A stretch of DNA of 63,593 nt, filler included, from Octopus bimaculoides (Eukaryota): the NCBI RefSeq assembly GCF_001194135.2. It is 6 parts of 6 records of this genome, joined end to end, with 100 filler letters (N's around TTAATTAATTAA, not from the genome) between each part and the next. Parts side by side here need not be neighbours in the genome. Positions count along the whole stretch, not along the records: positions 24,636 to 54,202 come from NC_068994.1; 5 more parts are not named here. One strand, written 5' to 3'. Numbering within the stretch: the first letter of the stretch is position 1; the number at the start of each line of letters is the position of its first letter. The notes below the pieces were generated by a model. It ran no database searches. It saw only the letters and a program-made list of their open reading frames with translations, and had not been told where the DNA came from. The position numbers and the translations under genes are program-made. Below, piece by piece: positions 29,955-41,746 of this stretch.

Positions 29955-30378
29955 TATGTCATATATACATATATACATAATATACATATATACATAATAA
30001 ACATTATACATGTATAAACAACTATTTGAGGTTGTGAAATAACGAACGCTCCAAAGGAGAATCGAATTATCTATCAGCTGTTTCCTAGGCAAACATAACT
30101 TCATCATTTGTGCTATATTCGGTTTACGATTTTGCTTTGCCAAACTCGGGCAAAAATATCTGCTTGTTGTACTGGATATTTACCACTTCACACTTCTTAC
30201 ATATCTGAAATTTAGCAGCAACTATCAATGTAGAGTTAGGTTTCTTTTTCGTTATTAATGAATATTTACGACTGGGTGCCCAAATAACATGAATTAAGCA
30301 TTAAGAAATACACTTGACAATTTGATTATTAAGAAAATTTTTGATGGAAAATCATTTTGATTAATTTATTATTTTCAG

Positions 30379-30474
30379 ATACACAAATGAATGTAACACA
30401 TCTTTTTGAATTATGTTTAATGAATGACACTTGCGATAAAAACCAGTTTCCCGAATTAATTAATATCGAATCAG
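30379..30474 (+). CDS. Internal coding exon (96 nt, phase 1-1) of a predicted membrane-anchored mucin-like glycoprotein: DTQMNVTHLFELCLMNDTCDKNQFPELINIES
   Basis: Acceptor ttattattttcAG, donor TCAG|GTAAGA, open frame, length divisible by 3, two N-glycosylation sequons (NVT, NDT), splices in frame to 31763. Confidence 0.7.
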
Positions 30475-30906
30475 GTAAGATTTTTAAGAGCGGTAATTTC
30501 TCTATTAATATTTTACTTGATAGAATGTCATGTGAATCCCACAGAAGGCACTCAGCTTTATCTATATTACAAGAGCAACTCAATTTTAAAGGCTACCGTT
30601 CTCAAAGACAATGTCAACGGTCTAATTTGTAATGACAGTAACAATTCTTAAAACAATAACGTGACGCTGTTCATGTTTTTCATAAATGTATCAACAAAGT
30701 ATAAGAAAGGAAATGGATTTTGTTTGTGATCAAAATCAAAGAGCTAACTCGTGTCATATGGAGTTTACCTCTTATTCTGCACTTCGATAATGGTATCTTT
30801 TTGTACAGCTGTGAGTTCCGGCGTGGTAACTGATAAGATTTCCATTCTCTATAGAAAGTGGTGTGTTAGATTCAGATAACAATGTCATTAAGATTAACAG
30901 AAATAG

Positions 30907-31143
30907 TTTCTTATTTCTTTATTGCCCACAAGGGGCTAAACATAGAGAGGACAAACAAGGACAGACAAAGGGATTAAGTCGATTACATCGACACCAGTGC
31001 GTAACTGGTACTTAATTTATCGACCCCGAAAGGATGAAAGGCAAAGTCGACCTCGGCGGAATTTGGACTCAGAAACATAAAGCCAGACGAAATACCGCTG
31101 AGCATTTTGCCCGGTATGCAAACGTTTCTGCCAGCTCACCGCC
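30907..31143 (-). mobile_element. SINE family 2, tail variant A (Tx1-like tail)
   Basis: Head GGCGGTGAGCTGGCAGAAACG, B-box-like GAGTCCAAATTCC; body shared with 32856-33073. Confidence 0.9.
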
Positions 31144-31762
31144 CTTAACCAAAATAGTTTCTATCGCATTATGTGATGTTCACGTAGCTACTGAATATGT
31201 AGCTGAATGCATAGTCATTGTGCTTCTACTGTAGTTAGCATGTACGAGCATTACACAACTGCTTATTCTTAGGAGTAGCTTCTTTAGCCCATTATGACAA
31301 GCTGAGAGAATAAAAAAGTAAAAGAAAAGTTAATATAGGGTGAAAGTTGGGATTGACAAGAACCGTATCCAGGAGAAACGCTACAAACATTAGGAATTAG
31401 TGCTACATATAGATTACTTTTATATTTGTCTGTGGGTAAGAAAACAGAAGAATTGATGGTAGCATTTGAGATGTTCAGTACCATTTTAACGACATATTCT
31501 ATATTATTAGATGATATAAATATGTCAAAAAGTGGAGTACTTTTTGGCGGCAAGTAAAGAATTTAGAGCCATTTTAAGGTTTATTTCATATCTTGGATAA
31601 TACTATCATCTAAAAAAGTTTCTTTTTGTTTTATATCATTATTTCTTCATTTATTGTTTCTTCCTTTTATATCATTATTTCATTTGTTATTTCTTCATTT
31701 GCTTTTATTGCAACTACCCAAAGCATTCTAATTGTGTAATCTTCATGCATTTTTGTTTTCAG

Positions 31763-31945
31763 TTTGGCTGCTTGAAATAGAAGGCTTAGAAACTGCAGCG
31801 GTAGATTTGAGGAACAACAAACGTCATAGCTGCAGAGTTGACTTAAAGTTGAATACGACAGAAACAAAATCACAGACTATGCTTTGTCTAAGTTATCAAA
31901 ATTTTTCTGATATTAGAACTATTCATATTGACAACTGTGCCGCTG
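31763..31945 (+). CDS. Internal coding exon (183 nt, phase 1-1): VWLLEIEGLETAAVDLRNNKRHSCRVDLKLNTTETKSQTMLCLSYQNFSDIRTIHIDNCAA
   Basis: Acceptor ttttgttttcAG, donor GCTG|GTAACA, no stops, three Cys and sequons NTT and NFS, frame continuous with neighbouring exons. Confidence 0.72.
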
Positions 31946-32544
31946 GTAACATTAGTGTATGTATATATGTATATATATATGTGTGTGTGTGAGTGTGTGT
32001 GTGTGTATGTGTGTGTGTGCGTGTGTGTGTGTGCATGTGTGTATAGATATATGTATGTATGTATGGGTGAATGTCTGTTTATTTGCATGTGTGTATATAT
32101 GATTGTTTGCTTGCTTGCTTATTTTTCTTTTTTTAATCTAAATTCATTCTCTAAGAATGAAATGATTTCTAACAAGAAAAGATAGCCGCATCGCAGGAGT
32201 CCGAATGCTTATTTCATTACATTTTGAATTTTAGAAAACTCTTGAATATTTTGCAAAGTACTTGTTTAGCCGGTAACTTCCTTTATCGGAAAACCTCAGC
32301 TTTTCGAGATTGTCACTTAACTCAGCGAAATGCAGCAATAATTATTGGTATAAATATAAATTCATAATCCAGGTAGAGCAGCTGTAAGTTTGAAACATTT
32401 CTTCGTAAATATTCTTCCTAACTCATTTTGAAAGAAACTATCACATCTGTACATTAGCATTCGTTTCTGCTTCAAACACCTATATCAGGCTTGTTATGTT
32501 TTCAACTGGTGAATGATTTCATGGAACGATCGGGAAAGTCAATC

Positions 32545-32635
32545 TCAGTGAGGTTTGAACTCAGAGAATAGAAAGCCAGGACAAATACCACAAGACGTTC
32601 TACCAGATGCCTGAATGACTCTTCCAGTTCGTTGT
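32545..32635 (-). mobile_element. Decayed SINE family 2 head fragment
   Basis: ctcagtgaggtttgaactcagagaatagaaag resembles ctcggcggaatttgaactcagaacgtaaag. Confidence 0.45.
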
Positions 32636-32756
32636 TTTAGTTCATGTGTTAATATGCATTCGCCAACAGAAGTACTTTCTGTATTTATCCCAGATAGCAT
32701 TATATATTGTTTTAGCAACAACATTATGCTGTGTTTAAAGGAACTGGGGAGTGTAG

Positions 32757-32792
<36 letters not shown>

Positions 32793-32855
32793 AATATACA
32801 TATATATGTTTATACACACACACACACACACACATAAACACACACAGAAGTGCGA

Positions 32856-33073
32856 AATAATCTTTTCTACTCCAAGCACAAAGCCCTAAATTTTGGGGGA
32901 GGGGGCCAGTCAATAAGCTCGACTCCAGTTCGCAACTGGTACTTAATTTATCGACCCCGAAAAGATGAAAGGCAAAGTAGACCTCGGCGGAATTTGAACT
33001 CAGAACGTAAAGACAGACGAAATACAGCTAAGCATAACACCCGGCGTGCTAACGTTTCTGCCAGCTCACCGCC
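32856..33073 (-). mobile_element. SINE family 2, tail variant B
   Basis: Same head and body as 30907-31143, different last about 80 nt. Confidence 0.9.
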
Positions 33074-33539
33074 TTAGTAATGTGAAATAATCGACACCTT
33101 GGAGCTTAAAGTGCTTCATTATGTCTTTTATTCATGAGATATTTTGGAGCTAGCTCCTGCTTATAGCTTGCAAAATTATACTGCCATCCATCAATTTTCC
33201 ATTCCTGTGATGGTCGTAGACTCCTCAGGTACCTCTTTCATTGGTTCCTATCAAAACTAACCGTCATTAGACTTTCTAGTTGGATTCTCAAGCGCGACCA
33301 TCCGAGATCATTTCGTTCTTGATCAACTCCGAGATCTCTTGCCGGTCGGCTCAGCTTGAAGAATCTGTCTTTCCTGCAATATTCTAATCACATGTCCATG
33401 GTAACAGAACAGTGGCCTCTCAATGCTGAGAAATAGCAACTCGACCTGGAGAGACTCCCTGATCTCCAAACTATACAACCTATCAAGTGATGTTACTCTA
33501 AGATCCTTCGGAACTCCATCCGTCTTTGTATTTGCGATG

Positions 33540-33850
33540 GTATATAGCTTTTACGAATGCACAAATATCTGTGTTTGGGTAATTGGTGTTATGTCAAAAC
33601 CTTTCAACGTAAGTGTTGGAATTCGGTAGGGATGTGTATTGTCACCGCTCGTTTTCATAATGTAATGACATGTGTAACCATTGTGGAAGTGGTGCCATAC
33701 CTGATAGGTGAAGGATCAGTCGATTGATATTTGCAGACAACATGGTGCTACTGGGATCATCAGAAGGTAATCTCCAGCACGCACCGAATGGGTTTGTTGT
33801 AGAGTACAGCAAGGCAAGAATGAGAATTAGTAAAATTATAAAGCCTTCAG
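33540..33850 (+). mobile_element. RTE-like reverse transcriptase relic
   Basis: PFNVSVGIR*GCVLSPLVFI and FADNMVLLGSSEGNLQHA motifs (QGCxLSP and FADD regions). Confidence 0.7.
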
Positions 33851-34440
33851 CAAAATGTAGCTTGAGTCCAAGGTGGGCTACTGTTCCCGTTAATGTTAGC
33901 ATCCATATGTATAATCCTTTATTCATTCATTCGTATAGTCCTTTATTCATTCGTTAGAGTACGCTAGGCCTGTAATTCTAGAGTCACATGGTTCTCTTCA
34001 CTTTTCAGTACATGTTTGATGTTTTGATTGTTTGGTATATCAATGTATTGATTGCAGCTGTCAGGAGCTGTCTGAATTAATTTTAAAGCCTCTTCCTTGA
34101 TCTTTTTTCTGAGAGAAAAACTGTCAATATCATAGTCCTTGCGGAAGTTTCCAGTAAATGTCGAGAACTCACTGACTTTAATTCTCTAGAGAAATTTCTT
34201 CTATAGACCAACCAAGTAAATCAAATGTTGATATCAGTACTAGTACAGCAAATGAATTGTAGGATCTTGTTTTGTTGTAACAAGAAAGCTCCGACTGCCA
34301 TATTTCTTTTAAGTTTAGCATAATATTCTTTGGCCAATTTATCTTCGCTCACTGTGCCGTTGTATGATATATTTTATATAATCGACTAGTCCCCTCCCAT
34401 CAAATTTCAGGCCTTGTGCTTTTAGTAGAAAGAATTTTGG

Positions 34441-36585
34441 GTCCTGATCAATTTAGATCGGTCTAAAGCTTTTGATAGGGTTGACCTTCTATATCTGGCG
34501 GCGGTCCTCATAGCAGCTGGTTTCGGGCCTGTATTCAGGTGCTAGATCGCTGCAATGCACAGTGACATCTGTTCAGTAGTAAGAGTGAACGATCGCCTCT
34601 CAGAACCATTCATGCGCTCGGTCCGGCAAGGTTTCCTCCTCTCGTTTCTCTTGTATGTACTGACTCTCGAGCCACTACCACACAAACTGGAGGCGTTGAG
34701 AGGCATTCCGCGTGACCTAGGGCGTGGGAGATGCGTGTTGGCATATGCCAACGACGTCACCGTAGTGGTGTCGGATCATAAAAACATAGAAATGATCGGC
34801 ACCGCTCTCAGGGACTACGAAACGGTTTCAGGATCGTCGATTAACCGGAAAAAATCAGTGGGCTTGCGGCTCAGCACCTGGAGAAGTAAGTCCATGCCGT
34901 CCAACTGTGTCGTTGAGCGCTGGGCAGACGGACCGGTTAAATTGTTCTCGGTCTAGTTTGGTCCGGACCTCCAGATGTACAAAAACTGGGACGAGATAAC
35001 GAACTGGATGACTACTCTCACCCAGAAATGGGCCAAGAGAAAGCTATCCTTGAAAGATCGGGCAGAAGTGGCTAACGCGTATATCGCATTCGTCATCTAC
35101 TATCGTTTGACCGCCGTGCTTTGTCCCGGCCACCGTCTGATTACGCTGGAGCGTATACTCATCCATTTCTTGAGGAAGGGACGCATCTCGATGATCAGGT
35201 GGTCTATCTGTTGTCAACACCCACTGCATGGTGGCCTGAGCATGCCGCGGTTGATGATGCACAGACATGCGCTGAGGCTACGACATCTCCAGTGTTTCCT
35301 TGACTGTGAACAGGTGTGGTCGCCGTTCGCCAGACACGTATTTCCGTTGCTAGTTTCTTTAACGGAGCTGCAGCTTTGAGTATTACAGAGACCGAAAGAG
35401 GACATTTGGAAAGTGGAATGTCTTCAAGCGCTCACAGCCCTCAGTCAATTGGACACTACGATAGGTAGAACGTCCACATTAGCTTTTTTAAGAGGATTAG
35501 TGGAGAGAAGTGCGACGACGTTCTTGGAGAGAACTTGGGCGTCGAAGATCAGCTAGCCGTTCTTTTCCGGAGAACTTTCGGCCCAGGACCGATGGATAAT
35601 TTCCAAACATCTCTGGCCTGGCAGTGCTAGTGGGGAGCTTTGCCTGTGCGAGATCAACTTTACCGGCACGGAAGTGTCGTCAGCCGAACATGTCCGAGAT
35701 GCGCGCAAGACGACGAGAGGTCCTGCATGTACTCGTCCAGTTCTCGAGTATTGCTGACCTGTGGGTCTATGTCGAATACCTGCTGTCGCGTGTGGGATGG
35801 GTCCGGCTGAAAACTGAATCCATCGTGAAGATCGTCTCGCCACCTTCCTCTAACCGGGAAGTAGAGGCTATGTTTATATGTATGGTGGCCATGGCAAAGA
35901 AGTTCTGTGATGGACGTGATTGAAGAGACTGAAGACAAACACTTTTCTCTTTGGCCAATCCCTGATCAACTTCTTCAAGTTTCACGTGGAAAGGAAAATA
36001 AGGTTAGAGAGGGAAGTGTTGTCTTCTAGCCAGTTTGCTGGAAGGTGGATGAAAATGGCGCGAATGGTGCGAGTGAACGGGTCTGCATTGAGTATATGTC
36101 TGCATTGAGTATATGTCTACATTGAGTATANNNNNNNNNNNNNNNNNNNNNNNNNNNNNNNNNNNNNNNNNNNNNNNNNNNNNNNNNNNNNNNNNNNNNN
36201 NNNNNNNNNNNNNNNNNNNNNNNNNNNNNNGTATATGTCTGCATTGAGTACATGTCTGCATTGAGTATATGTCTGCATTGTGTATATCTCTGCATTGTGT
36301 ATATGTCTGCATTGTGTATATGTTTACAATGAGTATATGTATAAAGAAAAGGGAAAGCGGCACCTGCTCCAAAAGTCAGGGTACTCATGGTTTTTATGGA
36401 TTTTTTCCATGAGCAGTCCTCGAACGTCTCCACCCTATTAAGGATTACATAGTGTTGATTTTTTAAAATTTTGTTAGTCTTGTTTACATCAACACACACT
36501 CACGCACATACACACATACATTGTTTTGTCCTGTACTGTCCATGATGTTTTTCTTAATGTAAATCCTTGTGGTTAATAAAGAAAT
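34441..36585 (+). mobile_element. Tx1/L1-clade-like LINE, 5'-truncated, frameshifted ORF2 plus 3' UTR
   Basis: LINLDRSKAFDRVD, SVRQGFLLSFLLYVLTLEPL, YAND, WAKRKLSLKDRAEVAN, PLHGGLSMP; 3' end ccttgtggttaataaagaaat followed by (ATC)n. Confidence 0.88.
36081..36336. repeat. 17-bp minisatellite (GTCTGCATTGAGTATAT)n inside the LINE, partly gapped
   Basis: Visible. Confidence 0.9.
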
Positions 36586-36677
36586 CATCATCATCATCAA
36601 CATCATCATCATCATCATCATTAATATTGTTGTCGTCGTTGCTGCTGCTGCTGTTGTTGTTGTTGTTGTTGCTTTTG

Positions 36678-36709
<32 letters not shown>

Positions 36710-36727
36710 GGTGGTGGTGGTGGTGGT
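36586..36727. repeat. Compound (ATC)/(GTT)/(GGT) microsatellite
   Basis: Visible. Confidence 0.9.
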
Positions 36728-36734
36728 ATTAACT

Positions 36735-36950
36735 CGACGAGCTGGCAAAATCGTTAGCGCATCGAACAAAATACCTACCGATATTTCTTTCGGTTCTTCA
36801 CGTTCTGAATTCAAACCCCACCGAGGTAAACGTTGCCTTTCTTCCTTTTGATCATGATAAAATAAAGTACCATTTAAGTAGTGAGGTCGATGTAATCAAC
36901 TCACACCCTCCCTCTAAAACTGCTAGTTTTGTGTCAAAAATTGAAGTAAT
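36735..36950 (+). mobile_element. Diverged SINE family 2 copy (tail B type)
   Basis: gagctggcaaaatcgttagc ... ttctgaattcaaaccccaccgagg ... gtcgatgtaatc. Confidence 0.7.
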
Positions 36951-37005
36951 TGATGCTATTATCATTATCATTGTTATTTCTTTTAGATTAAAGTGACTTT
37001 ATTAG

Positions 37006-37080
37006 TTCGCAACGTGTCTGTCATATATTATGCTACAAGAGACGGAGATTACTGTGGCTGTTGCCGGTGGTATGTAGGAG
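37006..37080 (+). CDS. Probable internal exon (75 nt, phase 1-1): VRNVSVIYYATRDGDYCGCCRWYVG
   Basis: Consensus donor GAG|GTAAGT at 37081. The acceptor at 37005 keeps the frame; an alternative AG at 36986 would be phase 0 and out of frame with the preceding exon. Cys/aromatic-rich with an NVS sequon. Confidence 0.5.
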
Positions 37081-38204
37081 GTAAGTATAATAGTGATAAT
37101 TATTATTATTCGTAGTGGCTGGCGCGTGTCGTATCGTTCATAAATTTGTTTATTTTTGTGTCTCCAAAAGTTGTTAATGGTTTAATTTTGTTACTAAACG
37201 CTTGTTGAAGCCACAACCATTACACAGAACAGTTTAGTTTTTTTCGTGTCTTCATTTGTAATTTAATTTCCATTGATTAAGCTTTCGTAATTCTCCCACC
37301 GTGCTTTTCTTGACCAATAAATTATTTCTCCTTACTAGAGACAGGATTTTAATTAATCAAACTTTCTTGAATTCTTATATTAACTATTAAACACTGATCT
37401 GATCAATACTATTTAAATTAGCATAGAGAAATATAGGCATGACACATACCATACAACATTGATTCTTGATTTATTAAAAGTATCTCCACTTCAAGAATCA
37501 AGAATTCTTCACCGTTGATATGTCAACAGACATCATCAGCACAACTGTCTTACTAGCTAAGGAACTTTGACATATACAAAAAGAGTAGGACACATTTATG
37601 GCTTGGGTAACTTACATAGACCTTTTTCTTCATGGAATGTCAACTCAGGAGTTTTTCTGAGCCTTGAGGTTATCTCCCCTTTTAATTTGGAGCTAGTCTC
37701 AGTCGCCATTTTGGTAATTGTGACATATCCTCTAGAGGCGCATATAATTTTGATAAATCATGAATTTATATTGTATTGCATTTGATATATCTGTATTTGC
37801 TGTGTTGTGTACATACATATCACTGGCCACTCTTAGTTATTTATCTTTGCTCGCTTTTGTTTAAATTATGCAAATTACTTTAGTTATATACAGTATTAAG
37901 GCTATAGTCCGGTTTTGACAATGAAATGTGTCAAGAAAACCAGAAAACCATTTGTTTTCGGATGTAATTGCGCTTATACCATTGTCATTATAACCTAATG
38001 GTGTATTTTAATTTGTAATTAACTTCTACTAATGGATTTCATATAAAAATCATTAGGTGTAGGTTTATTGTTTACTCTTCGACAGCATTATTTCGGAGTA
38101 ATCAAATATATTAAGATTTATAATGATTTTGAGGGAACGAAAACAAGTACGATCACTGATGTTTCGTTTGATTGATTTTATTAAGAACTGTAAGGTAGCG
38201 ATAT

Positions 38205-38400
38205 GACATAATTGTTAGCACGTCGGATAAAATGCTTTGCGATATTACTTCATACTCTTTGCGTTTTGTGTTCAAATTCCGTCAAGGCCGAATTTATCTT
38301 TCGTCCTTTGGGAGACGATGAAAGGTAGTAGCTGAGGACTGGAGTCGATGTAATCGACTTCTTCACTTCCCTCAAAATTGCTGGCCTTGTGCCAAAATTA
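38205..38400 (+). mobile_element. Diverged SINE family 2 copy (tail B type)
   Basis: gttagcacgtcggataaaatgc ... gttcaaattccg ... gtcgatgtaatcgact ... ctggccttgtgccaaaatta. Confidence 0.7.
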
Positions 38401-38453
38401 GAGAGATTTTAGAGAAAGGTGTTTCAGCGTAACCCTATATATTTTTCTTCCAG

Positions 38454-38786
38454 AAGCATTACCAGAGATAACCACAACCCTTCTAACAGAAGAAATAACT
38501 ACTGTTAATACTGACTCTACACCCCAAACGGAAAATTTTAGCACAAATTCGGAAACATCTGTTACCGAAGAAAGTGTAAGCAAAATCACCACACCAGAGA
38601 CATTAGTTACCGAGACAAGTGTAACATCTCCCGAAAGAGGACTAATATCTACCGAGGGAACGACAGAGAGACCAACGAATGAAGGAGATCTAAGCGAGAC
38701 CACCGAACCAGAGACTACAGCATTACTAACTACTGGAGGTAGTATTGCTACAACCAATTCTGAAAGTGGGATGTTTACATCAACAG
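38454..38786 (+). CDS. Mucin-like Ser/Thr/Glu/Pro-rich exon (333 nt, phase 1-1): EALPEITTTLLTEEITTVNTDSTPQTENFSTNSETSVTEE...SESGMFTST
   Basis: Acceptor tatatttttcttccAG, donor ACAG|GTAAAC, 111 codons without a stop, strongly Thr/Ser/Glu-biased. The ORF track shows only the antisense frame. Confidence 0.85.
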
Positions 38787-38926
38787 GTAAACAAGAAAAC
38801 AAAAAAAAAAATCATTTTCTCGTCACGTGATGAAGTAGGTAAATAAGTATATGTTTATTTTTGTACAAGTTTAACAGCGCGATAAAATAGTGGAATATAA
38901 ATAATATCGGTACACGGAGAAAATTC

Positions 38927-38973
<47 letters not shown>

Positions 38974-39095
38974 GACAGTTAATAAAGAATAGGTGATGAG
39001 GCGCGTTATAAGAGAAAAGGACGAGAACGAAATAGAAAGAAAGCACATTAGACAGATCGAAGAGAAACCTCTGCATGGCCAATTTTGAAGACGTA

Positions 39096-39314
39096 TTCTT
39101 TTATTTTACTTGTTTCAGTCATTTGACTGCAGCCATGCTGGAGCACCACTTTTAGTTAAACAAATCGACTCCAGTATTTATTCTTTGTAAGCCTAGTACT
39201 TATTCGATCGGTCTCTTTCGCTGAACCTCTAGGTTACAGAGACGTAAACACGCAAACATCGGTTGTCAAGCGATGGTGGGGGGACAAACACAGACACACA
39301 AATATATACATATA

Positions 39315-39356
<42 letters not shown>

Positions 39357-39524
39357 TATATACGACGGGCTTCTTTCATTTTCCATCTACCGAATCCACT
39401 CACAAGGCTTCGTTCGGCATGAGGCTATAGTGGGAGACACTTGCCCAAGGTGCCACGCAGTAGGACTGAACCTAGAACCATGTGGTTACGAAGCAAAATT
39501 CTTACCGCATAGCCAATCCTGGGC
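39096..39524 (-). mobile_element. SINE family 1, near full length
   Basis: Colinear with 29461-29954. Confidence 0.9.
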
Positions 39525-40229
39525 TTGGTTAAAAAAAGGGCAATTAAAAAAAACTGAGAGTCTAATTGTAGCAGCCCAAGATCAAACGATAAAAACAAAC
39601 AACTTGAGCAAAAATGTATATGGAGAGAATGTGTCAGAAAAATGTAGACCCTGTAAGAAATGAAGGCATGACCAGGTTGTAAAAGTTATACTTTGGAAAC
39701 TGTGCCAGAAATGGGAATTTGAAGCTGGAAACACATAGTATGATAATCGAGAATACTGGAATTGGAGAAGTGTAAAATGTTGTGGAACTTTCCTATTCAA
39801 ACGGACAAGAAGTTAGAAAATAAAACAGATATAACGATTGTAGATAAGGAAAAGCGAAGTTGCTTACTTATCGACGCATCATGCCCGTTTGATTGCAGGA
39901 TCATTAAGAAAGAGGAAGAAAAACAAAACAAAAAATACAATCACTTAAAGTTTGAAATAGAGCATGCGAACAGTAAAGGTCGTGCCTATAATCATTGGTG
40001 CGTTGGAAACAGTTAGCTAAGATATAGACAAATGGCTGAAGGAGATTAAAATAGAATGCCCGGTAGAGCTCATAGAGAAAGTTTGTCTCTTAGGGACAGC
40101 AAGGATTATCGGGAGGGTTCTAAGCACTTGAAAGACTGCTGAAAACTTGTGGATATCTAAGGTTACAGGTAGTAACCCGCTACCCACATAACTTCTACCA
40201 GGAATAAGACCGAACCGGAGCCAAACCAA

Positions 40230-40230
<1 letters not shown>
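39525..40230 (+). mobile_element. R4/Dong-like fragment A (zinc knuckle/RLE region plus 3' UTR)
   Basis: WLKKGQLKKTESLIVAAQDQTIKTN, CRPC, MLWNFPIQTDKKL, LLIDASCP, LGTARII; ends in (TAA)n. Confidence 0.8.
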
Positions 40231-40303
<73 letters not shown>

Positions 40304-40304
40304 T

Positions 40305-40380
<76 letters not shown>

Positions 40381-40410
40381 TAGTCAAAATAATAAAATAA
40401 TAAAAAATAA
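40231..40410. repeat. (TAA)n/(CAA)n microsatellite
   Basis: Visible. Confidence 0.9.
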
Positions 40411-41669
40411 TAATAAAATAGTCAAAATTGATAGAAAAATCCGCAAGCTACTGACTTGTAATAAGATGCACCATCCAAAGGCAGACGTGGATCGTCTGTA
40501 CCTTCCCAGAGCTCAGGGAGGTCGAGGCTTGATCCAGCTTGAACTTACGTACAAAACCACCACAATCGGACTGGCCAAATACCTTGAAACAACCAACGAT
40601 TGGATGCTGAAACTTGTTGAAAAACATGAAAGACCGAAAAAACTTCACTCTACTCTGAAAGAGAGCAAAAAATTCGCTACCGAACTCTTAGATACCCACC
40701 AGCTTGATCAGGTTGAAGGAAATGCGCCAACTGTTGCTGCAAAGAAAATAAAATTAATTGCAAAGACAAAAGGNNNNNNNNNNNNNNNNNNNNNNNNNNN
40801 NNNNNNNNNNNNNNNNNNNNNNNNNNNNNNNNNNNNNNNNNNNNNNNNNNNNNNNNNNNNNNNNNNNNNNNNNNNNNNNNNNNNNNNNNNNNNNNNNNNN
40901 NNNNNNNNNNNNNNNNNNNNNNNNNNNNNNNNNNNNNNNNNNNNNNNNNNNNNNNNNNNNNNNNNNNNNNNNNNNNNNNNNNNNNNNNNNNNNNNNNNNN
41001 NNNNNNNNNNNNNNNNNNNNNNNNNNNNNNNNNNNNNNNNNNNNNNNNNNNNNNNNNNNNNNNNNNNNNNNNNNNNNNNNNNNNNNNNNNNNNNNNNNNN
41101 NNNNNNNNNNNNNNNNNNNNNNNNNNNNNNNNNNNNNNNNNNNNNNNNNNNNNNNNNNNNNNNNNNNNNNNNNNNNNNNNNNNNNNNNNNNNNNNNNNNN
41201 NNNNNNNNNNNNNNNNNNNNNNNNNNNNNNNNNNNNNNNNNNNNNNNNNNNNNNNNNNNNNNNNNNNNNNNNNNNNNNNNNNNNNNNNNNNNNNNNNNNN
41301 NNNNNNNNNNNNNNNNNNNNNNNNNNNNNNNNNNNNNNNNNNNNNNNNNNNNNNNNNNNNNNNNNNNNNNNNNNNNNNNNNNNNNNNNNNNNNNNNNNNN
41401 NNNNNNNNNNNNNNNNNNNNNNNNNNNNNNNNNNNNNNNNNNNNNNNNNNNNNNNNNNNNNNNNNNNNNNNNNNNNNNNNNNNNNNNNNNNNNNNNNNNN
41501 NNNNNNNNNNNNNNNNNNNNNNNTTTTAATTTTTTTTTAATACATGTTTTACCTGTGAATTTGCGTGTGTAAACTGGGATTGCATACAACGAGTTTCTCT
41601 GCCCTACGTGTACGGAAAACACTCGGCGAGAAATGGAAGAACATTTGAAGAAAGAAGGAAAAAAACAAC

Positions 41670-41670
<1 letters not shown>
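40411..41670 (+). mobile_element. R4/Dong-like fragment B (post-RT region, gap, probable 3' UTR)
   Basis: IDRKIRKLL...HHPKADVDRLYLPRAQGGRGLIQLE, the conserved post-RT motif of RLE LINEs; the middle is N. Confidence 0.75.

Positions 41671-41743
<73 letters not shown>
41671..41743. repeat. (TAA)n microsatellite
   Basis: Visible. Confidence 0.95.

Positions 41744-41746
<3 letters not shown>

Noticed and set aside
38398-38802. Minus-strand 134-aa Val/Ser-rich ORF
   Set aside because: Antisense shadow of the + strand mucin exon, which has the splice signals
40466-41572. 368-aa ORF as a cellular gene
   Set aside because: Only about 100 aa are real sequence, and these are retrotransposon ORF; the rest is N
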